Of a stretch of 64,000 bases of DNA, positions 18,640-27,572 are shown piece by piece. Position 1 is the stretch's first letter. The number at the start of each line of letters is the position of its first letter. The notes beneath the pieces were generated by a model. That model was not told the origin of the DNA. It did not search any database and saw only the letters and a list, made by a program, of their open reading frames with translations. The stretch lies in NCBI GenBank assembly GCA_050117845.1, contig JASFLY010000001.1, positions 1 through 64,000 of the forward strand. The letters are read 5' to 3'. The translations under genes and the position numbers were made by a program. This stretch comes from Candidatus Zixiibacteriota bacterium (GTDB taxonomy: Bacteria > RBG-13-66-14 > B26-G2 > WVWN01).

Positions 18640-19955
18640 GCCGGCCTCCGCAGCATGGCGGCGAAACCGCCGTTGCAGAAGTGCCGATGCGGCCAGGTCC
18701 GGAGGTACGGCCCGTCGCGGGCGTCGTCAAAAACGCCGCCGGCGTACGCCACAACTTCTACGCCTTTAGCCTCAACTACGCGGCCCACTACGTCGTCCGC
18801 CTCCTCGGGTTCGGCCGTACACACGTTGTACACCAAAACGCCGCCGGGCGCGAGGAGATCGACGGCGCGGTTGAGCAAAGCCTCCTCGGTCACGGCGGCG
18901 GCGGCCACGCCCCCCTCTCGTACGCGCCACTTCACGTCGATCTTGCGGCGTACGACGCCCAGGTTCGTACACGGCGCGTCGAGGAAGATATACTCGGCCG
19001 CCGGAAGCCCGTCGTCCAGGACGTCGGCGACCCGCGTCTCGACGTTCGCGAGGCCCAACCGGCCGGTGAGTTCGGCGCACTCCCCCAGTTTCCGGGCGTC
19101 GCGGTCCACGGCGATAATCCGGCCCTCCGGTCCCACGGCCCCCGCAAGTTGGACAGCTTTACCTCCGACGCCGGCACAGAGGTCCAGCACCTTCGCGCCC
19201 GCGGGGGGCGAGAGCCAGCGCGGCCCCAGCGTAGAGGCCGGGTCCAAAACTAAAAAAGCACCTTCCCGAAACGGCCGCAACTCCCGTAGCCGCTTCCCGG
19301 CCATATCGAGGGTAAGCGACCCGTAGGGCCCGGCCGCCGTGCGGCAGCCCTCGGCCCGCAAGGCCGCGGCCGGCGCGTCGACGTCGGCGTCGAGTGGATT
19401 AGGGTAAATGGTGAGAGGCGCGACGTCGTTGTCGGCGGCGAGGAGCGCCCGCGTCTCCTCCGGCCCCAGGCGCTCGAGCCACCGCCGTACCAGCCACGCC
19501 GGGTGCGAATAATTAATCGCCAGCGCGTCGGCGTCGTCGCCGGGAGCTTCGGCGACTTCATCGAGGGAGGCCAACCGCCGCAGGACGCCGTTTACGAAAG
19601 GGGCGAGGCCGGAGAAGGAAGAGGCCCGAACGGCGGCCACGGCCTCGTCGACGGCGGCGTAGGTCGGCGTACGCAGGAAGAACAACTCGGCCACGGCCAT
19701 ACGCATTATATCCCGGACGGGGGGAGGCGGTTTTTTAGCAGGCCGCGCCGCGACCTGTTCCAACTGGTAATCGATAAGGGCGCGGTGCCTTATAACGCAC
19801 TTAACGAGTTCCTCCGCGAAGGAGGCGGCCCGGCGGCCGAAACGGCGACGCACCACCCGCTCCAACGCCCGGTCCAGTCGGACGCCGCGCGCCACTTCGG
19901 CCAACGTCGCCGCCGCGGCACGGCGAGGTCCTTTCGTTTCGGCGGCGCTCTCCAT
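18636..19955 (-). CDS. rsmB: 16S rRNA m5C967 methyltransferase RsmB (NusB-like N-terminal domain)
   Basis: YAAVDEAV, FVNGVLR, YSHPAWL, VLDLCAGVGGK, DAPC, VYNVCT. Confidence 0.88.
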   Translation of the reverse strand: MESAAETKGPRRAAAATLAEVARGVRLDRALERVVRRRFGRRAASFAEELVKCVIRHRALIDYQLEQVAARPAKKPPPPVRDIMRMAVAELFFLRTPTYAAVDEAVAAVRASSFSGLAPFVNGVLRRLASLDEVAEAPGDDADALAINYSHPAWLVRRWLERLGPEETRALLAADNDVAPLTIYPNPLDADVDAPAAALRAEGCRTAAGPYGSLTLDMAGKRLRELRPFREGAFLVLDPASTLGPRWLSPPAGAKVLDLCAGVGGKAVQLAGAVGPEGRIIAVDRDARKLGECAELTGRLGLANVETRVADVLDDGLPAAEYIFLDAPCTNLGVVRRKIDVKWRVREGGVAAAAVTEEALLNRAVDLLAPGGVLVYNVCTAEPEEADDVVGRVVEAKGVEVVAYAGGVFDDARDGPYLRTWPHRHFCNGGFAAMLRRPA

Positions 19956-20107
19956 TTAGGAGGTTACCCCAAACATACTACCTCTTGGCCGGTAAACCAT
20001 GAAAACAACGGCGCCCCCGGCAACGCCGTGAACGCCGACCCGGCCCCGATGGACGACGCAATCTCAAGCACCCGGCCACCTACGCACTGCGCCGCCGGGG
20101 AGACGTT

Positions 20108-21175
20108 TTACGACGAAAGTTTCTCCTTCAACATTTGGATGCTGTTTACGGGTTTTGGGTCCACTCCCCGCAAGATGGCCAAATAATAGGAAACGAGGTC
20201 GCCGAAGTAAATCAACTCGAAGAGGGCCGACAACTCGTCTTCCGTCGTCGCCCGAACCTGCGTTACGCCGCGGATAACGGGGTTTATGAGTTCTATGGCC
20301 GCGTCCACCTGACGGGCGCCGACGCCCGACTCCCGCAAGAGGCGGAACACGACCACGTGGAGGTGGGGCACGAGTTCGTTCGGGACCTCGTACCCCACGA
20401 GTTCGTTGTGGCACAACTCCGGGAAGAAGTGGCCGGAGGCGTAGTACTTGGCGTTCTCGGCCAGTTGGGTCCGACAGCGTTCCGCCGCCACCGCGCCCGT
20501 ATGGCCGGCGCCGTATATCGCCGCCCCGCCGGAACGGCAAAGAGCCCCGGCCAAGGCCTTGGCGTCGTTATTCTCCGTCGGGACGTCGAAACCCCAGCGC
20601 TCCCAACACGTACGAAGGTGGGAGGCGATTCCGACCGCCGGCGGGAACCCGAACACGCCGGTGCCGTCGAAGTATCCCATCAGTCCCCCGGCCATATAAC
20701 CGAGGGAACAGCGGGGAGGACGCCCCGGCGGTATCTTGATGCAGGGGAACGAGGACTCGCGGGCGAGTTCCTCCAGCCGGCCGCCGCTCGTAACGGCCAC
20801 GAGCGCCGCGCCGCGGCCCATCGCCTCTTCGGTCGCGGTCAGCGTCTCGCGGGTATTCCCGGAATAAGAGATGGCGACGACGACCGCTCGGTCGTCGATC
20901 CAGGCGGGGGCGTGAAACTCCCGAATAACCGTGAGGGGTATCGACACGCGGGCATCGAGGTACGCGCCCAGCACCCGGCCCACGACGCCCGAACCGCCCA
21001 TCCCGAGGATCGCGACCCGGCCCAGGCCGTCGTGCCGACCCGGTTCGGCCACCGCTTTCCCGAAATCCTCCCCCGCTTCCAGTAACTCCGGCAAGTCTCG
21101 GATAAGCGAGCCGGCGTCGTCGACGTCGATTTCCAGGTAACGTTCCGGCTGATCGAGAATGGCCCCGTCGGTCAT
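20108..21175 (-). CDS. Bifunctional phosphoglucose/phosphomannose isomerase
   Basis: GMGGSG, SYSGNTRET, TSGG.L, QLAENAK, PELCHNE, GVDPKPV. Confidence 0.93.
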   Translation of the reverse strand: MTDGAILDQPERYLEIDVDDAGSLIRDLPELLEAGEDFGKAVAEPGRHDGLGRVAILGMGGSGVVGRVLGAYLDARVSIPLTVIREFHAPAWIDDRAVVVAISYSGNTRETLTATEEAMGRGAALVAVTSGGRLEELARESSFPCIKIPPGRPPRCSLGYMAGGLMGYFDGTGVFGFPPAVGIASHLRTCWERWGFDVPTENNDAKALAGALCRSGGAAIYGAGHTGAVAAERCRTQLAENAKYYASGHFFPELCHNELVGYEVPNELVPHLHVVVFRLLRESGVGARQVDAAIELINPVIRGVTQVRATTEDELSALFELIYFGDLVSYYLAILRGVDPKPVNSIQMLKEKLSS

Positions 21176-21185
21176 CGTGCCTCCC

Positions 21186-23480
21186 CTACAAACCCAGCAG
21201 GTAGTTCACTTTGAGGAAGATTATTTGGTCCAGTAAACCCCGGCCTAACTCGTCCCGGAGATGGTCGCGATACAAACGCTTCTCGTTGTATACGAGGTAA
21301 ATGTGACTACCCTTCATGAATTCGTAGGATAAGAGGGCGTTCGTCGCGTAGTGGCCGAGGTCGCTCGACGATTGCACGAAGAGCCGCGCCGCGACGTCGT
21401 CGGTGATATTCAAATCCGCATGGAGGCGGTTGATTATAAACTCGTAGTAATAATGATCGGTCTCCCCCGTCCCCTCGTCGTAGAAGCTGCCGTCCAGCGT
21501 TTCATAGTCGAGGTCGTACGCCAGCGTAAGGCGGGAGAACGGATTAACCGAGAACCCGCCGCCCCAGTAGTCCAGGTCGTAGTCGAAGTGGCTACCCCAC
21601 TCGTAGAACGCGTACACCGAGGACCACTCCTCCAGGTTATAACCTACCGTACCGGCGTAGTAGCGATTCTCGTAATTGAAACGCACGCGTTCTCCGTAGG
21701 GAGGTTCCACGGGCGGGGGTTCGTACAAACCCTTGACAACTTCGGCTCGGAAGTTACTCTCCACCAGCGCGCGCACCGTTAACTTGTTTTCGAAATAGAC
21801 GCCCATTTCGCCGGAAACACCCTCCCGTTGCAAACGTTGGTCGTCCGAGCCGAAAGGCGTGTATATCTCTTCGCCGTGGTTGAGGTAGTGTTCGTGCTCG
21901 ACGTTCCAATTGAGTTTCTTGATACCCAACCGGTAAAGCCAAAGGTCGTAATCCGCCCAGGCCCAATAACCTTTCACGTCGTCGTAGGGAATATAGCCGG
22001 TCTTTAAAATGTCCAGCCGGCTGTCGAGATCGGTGTAGCCGGCGCCGAGGGATAGGCCCGACGTATAGCGCGTCAGGCCGACGTCGAAGCCGTTTTCGGA
22101 AAGGCCCGTCTCGTCGTCGAGGACGCGCAGGAACTGACCGCTGAATATCAACTCGTCGTTGAACGAGATGTTCGCGTCGGCGCTCACGGCGTCGTTGTGC
22201 CGCCAGGTATCGCCGGTGCGACGCAGGCCCAAAAGGCCCACGGAGGCGTACTTCGTGATGTCCTGCTTGACGCGGGCGACGGTGTAATTGTAACGGTGGG
22301 GGCCTTCCGGATTCTCGGGATCCTCCAAATACTCGTCGGCCTCGACGCTCAGGGCGTAGAGGTGCGTCGGGCCGGCCCTGCCTATGAATTTCCCGCCGTA
22401 TTCGATGTCGCCGATGCGCCGGCTGTAGAACGTCCGAATGGGAGTATCGAAGTACTCCTGGCCGTCGAGGAAGAGCGGCCTCTTCTCCGGGTAAAACAAC
22501 TCCTCGTCGGTCAGATTGATTTGATACGGGTCCGCCTCCACCTGTGCGAAGTCCGGCCGGTACGTCCCCAGGACCGTCATGCTGGGGAGAAAGCGGGCGG
22601 CGACGTCCAGGCCTTCCTTGTGGTCGTACTTTTCGTCCTCGTACTTGGCGAGGTCCCGGTACGAACCGGAGACGTACGGGAGAACGTCGACCACCGGCCT
22701 CTTCCTTATACCCTCCGGCACGTCCATCGTCCCATACAGCGACACCCTAAGGAGGTTCTCGCCGGTGTCTTTCCAGATAGTCTGGTCGCTCGAGTGCTTG
22801 TGGAAGCGGGCGAAGTTCACGCCCCACTCGTCGTTGAACAGGCCGAAGCGCAGCGTCCGGAACGGTATCTTCATTTCGACGGTCCACGAATCGTGGTTTA
22901 TCTTCGTCGCGGAATACCAGATGCCGTCCCAGTTGCGGTTCTCGACCTCCCCCTCTTCCGAGAAGTGGCCGTCCATTTGGGTATTGAGCGGATTAACGCC
23001 GAAGTAGTAGGCGGATTTGCGGTCGTGGAAGGTATCCACGAAGACCTCGAACGAATCGTCGTACCAGAGGTTTGCGTCGCGGATCAGGATCCGGCCTACG
23101 ACGTCGTCGGGATTGGCCACCTCGCAACGGGCCCCGAAATAGAGGTACTCCTCGTCGTACGCGGCGTAGACCGTCGTCTGTTCCTCGGCCCAGAGTTGGA
23201 ACGGGAGGCCCCGGTAGACGAAGCCGGACGCGGTCGCGGTGGGCCGCCGGGCGGCGTCCCGCCAACAGAGGTCGTCGAGCACGCCGTCGACCTGGGGCGG
23301 AACCTCGGCGTACACCGGCGTAAGGCGCCCCTCGTCCACCTCCATCGTTAGGACGCTTTGCGGGTCCCGGACGCTCTGGTCCTCCTCCCCGGCGGCGGCG
23401 CCGGCCATAAAAAAAAGCGCGGCCGCGAGAAAAAGGGCCGGCCCGGGGAATAGGTTGAAATGCCGGGCGATAGCTAGCAT
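21186..23480 (-). CDS. CBM9-like + DUF5916 outer-membrane protein
   Basis: Signal peptide; PQVDGVLDD, YDEEYLY, WTVEMKIPF, PDFAQVEAD, PEKRPLF, FYSRRIG; beta-strand C-terminus. Confidence 0.85.
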   Translation of the reverse strand: MLAIARHFNLFPGPALFLAAALFFMAGAAAGEEDQSVRDPQSVLTMEVDEGRLTPVYAEVPPQVDGVLDDLCWRDAARRPTATASGFVYRGLPFQLWAEEQTTVYAAYDEEYLYFGARCEVANPDDVVGRILIRDANLWYDDSFEVFVDTFHDRKSAYYFGVNPLNTQMDGHFSEEGEVENRNWDGIWYSATKINHDSWTVEMKIPFRTLRFGLFNDEWGVNFARFHKHSSDQTIWKDTGENLLRVSLYGTMDVPEGIRKRPVVDVLPYVSGSYRDLAKYEDEKYDHKEGLDVAARFLPSMTVLGTYRPDFAQVEADPYQINLTDEELFYPEKRPLFLDGQEYFDTPIRTFYSRRIGDIEYGGKFIGRAGPTHLYALSVEADEYLEDPENPEGPHRYNYTVARVKQDITKYASVGLLGLRRTGDTWRHNDAVSADANISFNDELIFSGQFLRVLDDETGLSENGFDVGLTRYTSGLSLGAGYTDLDSRLDILKTGYIPYDDVKGYWAWADYDLWLYRLGIKKLNWNVEHEHYLNHGEEIYTPFGSDDQRLQREGVSGEMGVYFENKLTVRALVESNFRAEVVKGLYEPPPVEPPYGERVRFNYENRYYAGTVGYNLEEWSSVYAFYEWGSHFDYDLDYWGGGFSVNPFSRLTLAYDLDYETLDGSFYDEGTGETDHYYYEFIINRLHADLNITDDVAARLFVQSSSDLGHYATNALLSYEFMKGSHIYLVYNEKRLYRDHLRDELGRGLLDQIIFLKVNYLLGL

Positions 23481-23582
23481 AACTTAAAATAATAATATCA
23501 CACGGTTTACGGGGCGGCAAGTCAATTTGGCCCGCGAACCGAAAAAGCCGCCCGGACGGGCGGCGAATGTTAACGTACTCGA

Positions 23583-24302
23583 TCAGCGGTACAAAGCCTT
23601 CACCCTGCCGACCGAAGCCGGCTCGACCGCGGTCATATCGATATCGTACTCGAATGTCCAATATTGCCGGTCGAGGTACATTTGCGCCCAGATATGTGCC
23701 CCGTCGAACGTAATAGCGAAAGGGTAAGCCGGCGTCTCGAAACTCGCCATTATCGACCCGTAGGTCGTGATTCGGCACAATCCGATACCGCCGCCGGTCC
23801 ATAGACACCGGCCGTCCCACGCTGTATCGCGACCAAGCGGGAAAGGCACGGGCATCGAACCAATAAGGCTACCGCCGACGGTATATTTATAATTGTCGAC
23901 CCAAAGGTACCCCGGTTCGGAAGCTAATGGGGGCGTGCTATTTTCCCGGTGATAAAACCAAGAAACGAAGGACCCTTCAATCGTGTAACGCGTTATCTGC
24001 CCCGGCCGCGGAGGCGGTATGTTATCCTCGACGGCACACCATAGGTACTCGCCGTCGAACGTCGCTCCGCCAGTTACGGAATAATTACCGCTCCCAAAAG
24101 ACGATACTATGGACCCGGTTGTTGTAGCGCGTAAAAACCGCCAACCTTGATTTACGCCCCAATACCATAGGTACGTGCCGTCATAGGCGAGGCCGGACCC
24201 TACCCAATCAGTCTGGAACGACGATACGACGTCGCCGAAAGCGCCCCACGCGCACCCTGCCAACGCGGGAATCACAACTAACGTTTTCGCCCACTTGGAC
24301 AT
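23583..24302 (-). CDS. Secreted beta-repeat protein with C-terminal VEPASVGRVKALYR motif
   Basis: SD GAGGAG, signal peptide, repeated (SSF)..GLAYDGxYLW units; visibly more AT-rich than flanking genes. Confidence 0.8.
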   Translation of the reverse strand: MSKWAKTLVVIPALAGCAWGAFGDVVSSFQTDWVGSGLAYDGTYLWYWGVNQGWRFLRATTTGSIVSSFGSGNYSVTGGATFDGEYLWCAVEDNIPPPRPGQITRYTIEGSFVSWFYHRENSTPPLASEPGYLWVDNYKYTVGGSLIGSMPVPFPLGRDTAWDGRCLWTGGGIGLCRITTYGSIMASFETPAYPFAITFDGAHIWAQMYLDRQYWTFEYDIDMTAVEPASVGRVKALYR

Positions 24303-24348
24303 AACTCCTCCTCTCACCATTTCCGATTGAAACCCGAAACCCGGGATA

Positions 24349-24377
24349 ATTATACATCGCCCGGCCGAATATGTCAA
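24349..24377 (-). promoter_or_regulatory. Consensus sigma70 promoter for the 23583-24302 gene
   Basis: Minus strand TTGACA-17-TATAAT, perfect; divergent from TTGACA-17-TAAACT (24429-24457) of the cyclase. Confidence 0.8.
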
Positions 24378-24470
24378 ATGGCATCACCACACAAACGGGG
24401 CGGCCGGTATCTTCGGCCTCGTTTTCCCTTGACAGCGGCGGCCGGGGCGATTAAACTTCGGCGATAGCCT

Positions 24471-25907
24471 ATGGATGATAAACCCCGCAAGTTCCGCAAA
24501 ACGCTCGCTCTCAAGTTGACAATCGTAATAGAGGCGATAATTATCCTCGCCATCGTGACCGTAACGGCGGTGCACCTCCGGCGTGAGCTTACTCGTATCG
24601 ACGAGGACGCCCGGGCCCGCATGAACCTGACGGTCGCGCTCATCCAGCGGGCGTTCACCACCCTCGACCGCGCGCAGTTCGAAAACTGGTTGAACGAGAT
24701 TTACCGCGTTCGGTTCAACAGCGCCGACTACGACCTGACTCCCGTGTACGTACTGGTCCTGCGGGGCCAGGAGGAAGTAGTCGTCGCGTCGTCGAACCCG
24801 CGCATCCCGGTCGTGGACGCGGCGGGCCGGAAGCTCGAGCCCCTCGATTACTATAAAATCAACGCCCCCAACCTGGGCCGCATCAACGCCCACGTCACCG
24901 ATCCCGATACCGGCCAGGCCCGCTACCTAATAAGCGTCGGTTACTCCATCGCCGGGTACAACTGGCTGGTCCAGCGGCAGATATTGACGGCCGCGGCCGT
25001 AGCCGGCGTATTCATCCTCGCAGGCCTTATCGTCGCCGTCGCGGCCTCGGTCACCTGGACCAAGCCGATAAAGGCCCTGGCGGCCGGCCTGGGCCGGGTG
25101 CAGGACGGCGACTTCGACTACCGCATCCCGGTGCGCCGGGGCGACGAGTTGGGCCACGTGGCCTACAACTTCAACCTTATGGCCGAGGGCCTCCGCGACC
25201 GCGAATTCGTGAAGAGCACTTTCAAACGTTACGTTACGAAGCAGGTCGTCGAGAAAATACTCTCGCAGAAAGACGCCATAAGCCTGGCCGGCGAGAAGCG
25301 CGAGGTCACCGTCCTCTTCAGCGACCTCGAGGGGTTCACCGCCTTCTCGGAGCGCCACGAACCGAGCGAGGTCGTCGCCCTCCTCAACGAGTATCTGGCG
25401 ATAATGATAGACATTATCTTCCTGTACGAAGGCGCGCTGGACAAGTTCCTCGGCGACGGCGTCATGGCCTACTGGAACGCCCCCCTCGACCAGGACCACG
25501 CGCCGCTCAAATCGGCCATCGCCGCCATCGAGATGCAAAGCGCCATCGCCACTTTTAATAAAAAACGGAGCAAGGAGAACAAAGAGCCCGTTTACGCCGG
25601 CATCGGTATAACGACCGGCGAGGTCGTGGCCGGGAACATCGGCTCAGAGAAAAAGATGGAGTATACGGTCATCGGGGACAAGGTCAACCTGGCCCAGCGC
25701 ATAGAAGGCCAGACCGACCGCGGCCAGATTCTAATCGATAATACGACCTACCAGCACATCAAGGACTACTGCTACGCCACGCCGCTACCGCCGAGCCGGG
25801 TGAAGGGGAAGAAGGATCCCGTACAGACCTACGTCCTACACGGCCTCAACCACAGCGCGGGGCCTTTCGTCGCGAGCGGCCGCACGGATTTCCTGTTGGA
25901 CGCGTAG
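24471..25907 (+). CDS. Membrane class III adenylate cyclase (2 TM, periplasmic sensor, HAMP)
   Basis: HAMP RRGDELGHVAYNFNLM; LFSDLEGFT, KFLGDG (ATP-specifying K), YTVIGDKVNLAQR. Confidence 0.92.
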   Translation: MDDKPRKFRKTLALKLTIVIEAIIILAIVTVTAVHLRRELTRIDEDARARMNLTVALIQRAFTTLDRAQFENWLNEIYRVRFNSADYDLTPVYVLVLRGQEEVVVASSNPRIPVVDAAGRKLEPLDYYKINAPNLGRINAHVTDPDTGQARYLISVGYSIAGYNWLVQRQILTAAAVAGVFILAGLIVAVAASVTWTKPIKALAAGLGRVQDGDFDYRIPVRRGDELGHVAYNFNLMAEGLRDREFVKSTFKRYVTKQVVEKILSQKDAISLAGEKREVTVLFSDLEGFTAFSERHEPSEVVALLNEYLAIMIDIIFLYEGALDKFLGDGVMAYWNAPLDQDHAPLKSAIAAIEMQSAIATFNKKRSKENKEPVYAGIGITTGEVVAGNIGSEKKMEYTVIGDKVNLAQRIEGQTDRGQILIDNTTYQHIKDYCYATPLPPSRVKGKKDPVQTYVLHGLNHSAGPFVASGRTDFLLDA

Positions 25908-25934
25908 AAGGCCGGGGTCGGTGAAAATATAGTA

Positions 25935-25963
25935 TTGACTTTCCTCTACCGGTCGATTATACT
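25935..25963 (+). promoter_or_regulatory. sigma70 promoter of lipoprotein A
   Basis: TTGACT-17-TATACT. Confidence 0.75.
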
Positions 25964-26021
25964 GCTTAATCGAAATCATTTTTTATAAACTTTACGTTAT
26001 ATCCGAAAGGAGTGCCGGTAA

Positions 26022-26666
26022 ATGAAAAACACCAAGCTATTATGGGTCATGGTAGTTATATTGGCCGCGGGGTTGGTGCTCTTCGGCTGCGATAAGTTAA
26101 AGAAGGATAAACCGGCCGAAGCGCCGATTTCGGTCGAAACGCCGACCGAGGAACCCGCCGAAGCGCCGGCGGAAGAGCCGACCGAAGAACCTTCCGAAGA
26201 GCCGGCCGAAGCCCCGGCGATGGCCGGCGAGTACGTTCCCGCCAAACTCGACGTCCTGAAGATGCTCGACGACACCCTCGGCGCCAGCGAGGATAACCTC
26301 GGTTGGGACAATATCTACACGTCCATCTCGATCGAGAAGAACATCGAACTCTTCACGGCCCTCCAGAACCACTACACCGCCGGCAGCGAGAATCGCAACT
26401 TCGTCGACGACGCCATCAAGGACCTCGGCAACATCCAGGTCTTCCTGGACGAGAAGATCTCGAAAGCCGAAGGCATCGATCCGACCGGCGACGAAGCCGC
26501 CGCGAAGAAAAAAGTAATCGCCAATATCCGCGCCAAAGTCCGCGCTCTCATCGGCGGGCCGGCTCCGAAAGAGCCCGTGGGCGAAGTGAAGGGCGACCTG
26601 ATGAAGAAGAAGTGGCAGGAACGTGGCGACATGATGAAGAAAAAGTGGGCCGAGCGCGGTAAATAA
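26022..26666 (+). CDS. Unknown lipoprotein A (EEP/AEAP linker, helical core, GDxMKKKWxER x2 tail)
   Basis: Lipobox LFGC, SD AAGGAG, clear paralog immediately downstream. Confidence 0.9.
   Translation: MKNTKLLWVMVVILAAGLVLFGCDKLKKDKPAEAPISVETPTEEPAEAPAEEPTEEPSEEPAEAPAMAGEYVPAKLDVLKMLDDTLGASEDNLGWDNIYTSISIEKNIELFTALQNHYTAGSENRNFVDDAIKDLGNIQVFLDEKISKAEGIDPTGDEAAAKKKVIANIRAKVRALIGGPAPKEPVGEVKGDLMKKKWQERGDMMKKKWAERGK
26592..26657 (+). repeat. 33-nt tandem coding repeat (GDLMKKKWQER/GDMMKKKWAER)
   Basis: Two units, 26592-26624 and 26625-26657; equivalent units at 27406-27471. Confidence 0.9.
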
Positions 26667-26688
26667 GCGCGTTTCGCCTCACCAATTT

Positions 26689-26712
26689 AGGCGGCCTTCG
26701 GGCCGCCTTTTT
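26689..26712 (+). terminator. Intrinsic terminator after lipoprotein A
   Basis: AGGCGGCC-TTCG-GGCCGCCT-TTTT. Confidence 0.85.
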
Positions 26713-26775
26713 CGTTTAAACGCCCGGGCCGGGGCCGCCGTCTAACAACCGAATCCGCGCGGATTAAATTTTCCG

Positions 26776-26804
26776 TTGACTTAGGGCCGGAATTATCATA
26801 TAAA
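26776..26804 (+). promoter_or_regulatory. sigma70 promoter of lipoprotein B
   Basis: TTGACT-17-TATAAA. Confidence 0.6.
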
Positions 26805-26862
26805 CGGTTACTAAGCCAAATCGTTTTTTTTCATATTCCTTCGGGCGAAAGGAGCAGGAATC

Positions 26863-27480
26863 ATGCGGAGTAAACACCTAATGTGGGCGTTGGTGTTAAC
26901 GCTCGCGGTTGCGCTTGTCGGCTTCGGCTGCAAGGGCAAGGGTACTAAAGAAACCGGTAAGTTCGAAGAAATCACCGTAGAAGAAACCACGACGCCGACC
27001 GAAGAGGGCGTAGAAGAAATCGCCATCCCGGAACAGCCGGTTTATCACCCGACCAAACTCGACAACTTAAAAATGCTCGACGACACGCTCGGTTCCGCCG
27101 AGGACACGTTGGGCTGGGATAACATCTTCTGTTCGATCTCACTCGATAAGTGCGTGGGCCTCTTCGAGGAACTCGCGCCGGCGTACAACCCCGGCTCCGC
27201 TGACCGGAACTTTATCGACGACTCCATCAAGGATATCGGCAATATTAAAACCTGGCTCGACGAGAAAATCAGCGCGGGCGAAGGCGTAGACCCGAAAAGC
27301 GCCGACGCGAAAGACAAGAAAAAGAAGATCGCGGCCATCCGCGCCAAGGTCCAGGCCATGATCGCCGGCCCCGCCCCGAAAAAAGAGCCCATCCCGGAAT
27401 GGAAGGGCGACCTGATGAAGAAGAAGTGGCACGAACGCGGCGAAATGCTCAAGAAGAAGTGGGCGGAACGCGGCAAATAA
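26863..27480 (+). CDS. Unknown lipoprotein B, paralog of A
   Basis: Lipobox GFGC; shares LKMLDDTLG..ED.LGWDNI, RNF.DD.IKD.GNI, LDEKIS, IRAKV and the KKKWAERGK tail with A. Confidence 0.9.
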   Translation: MRSKHLMWALVLTLAVALVGFGCKGKGTKETGKFEEITVEETTTPTEEGVEEIAIPEQPVYHPTKLDNLKMLDDTLGSAEDTLGWDNIFCSISLDKCVGLFEELAPAYNPGSADRNFIDDSIKDIGNIKTWLDEKISAGEGVDPKSADAKDKKKKIAAIRAKVQAMIAGPAPKKEPIPEWKGDLMKKKWHERGEMLKKKWAERGK

Positions 27481-27518
27481 AGACCCATAAGTACGCGACC
27501 TAAAGGAACCTGAAATCC

Positions 27519-27543
27519 AAGGGGCGGCTTATGCCGCCCCTTT
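27519..27543 (+). terminator. Terminator after lipoprotein B
   Basis: AAGGGGCGGC-ttat-GCCGCCCCTT-T. Confidence 0.7.
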
Positions 27544-27572
27544 AACATACCGTTAACCGGTCAATCGACGTC

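Noticed and set aside
19956..20107. Anti-SD-like ACCTCCT just before the rsmB ATG, and a 35-codon GTG ORF in the gap
   Set aside because: A 7-mer and a short ORF are plausible by chance, with no independent support.
26592..27471. Four ~33-nt similar repeats as a possible CRISPR array
   Set aside because: In-frame coding repeats with synonymous variation, no spacers and no cas genes.
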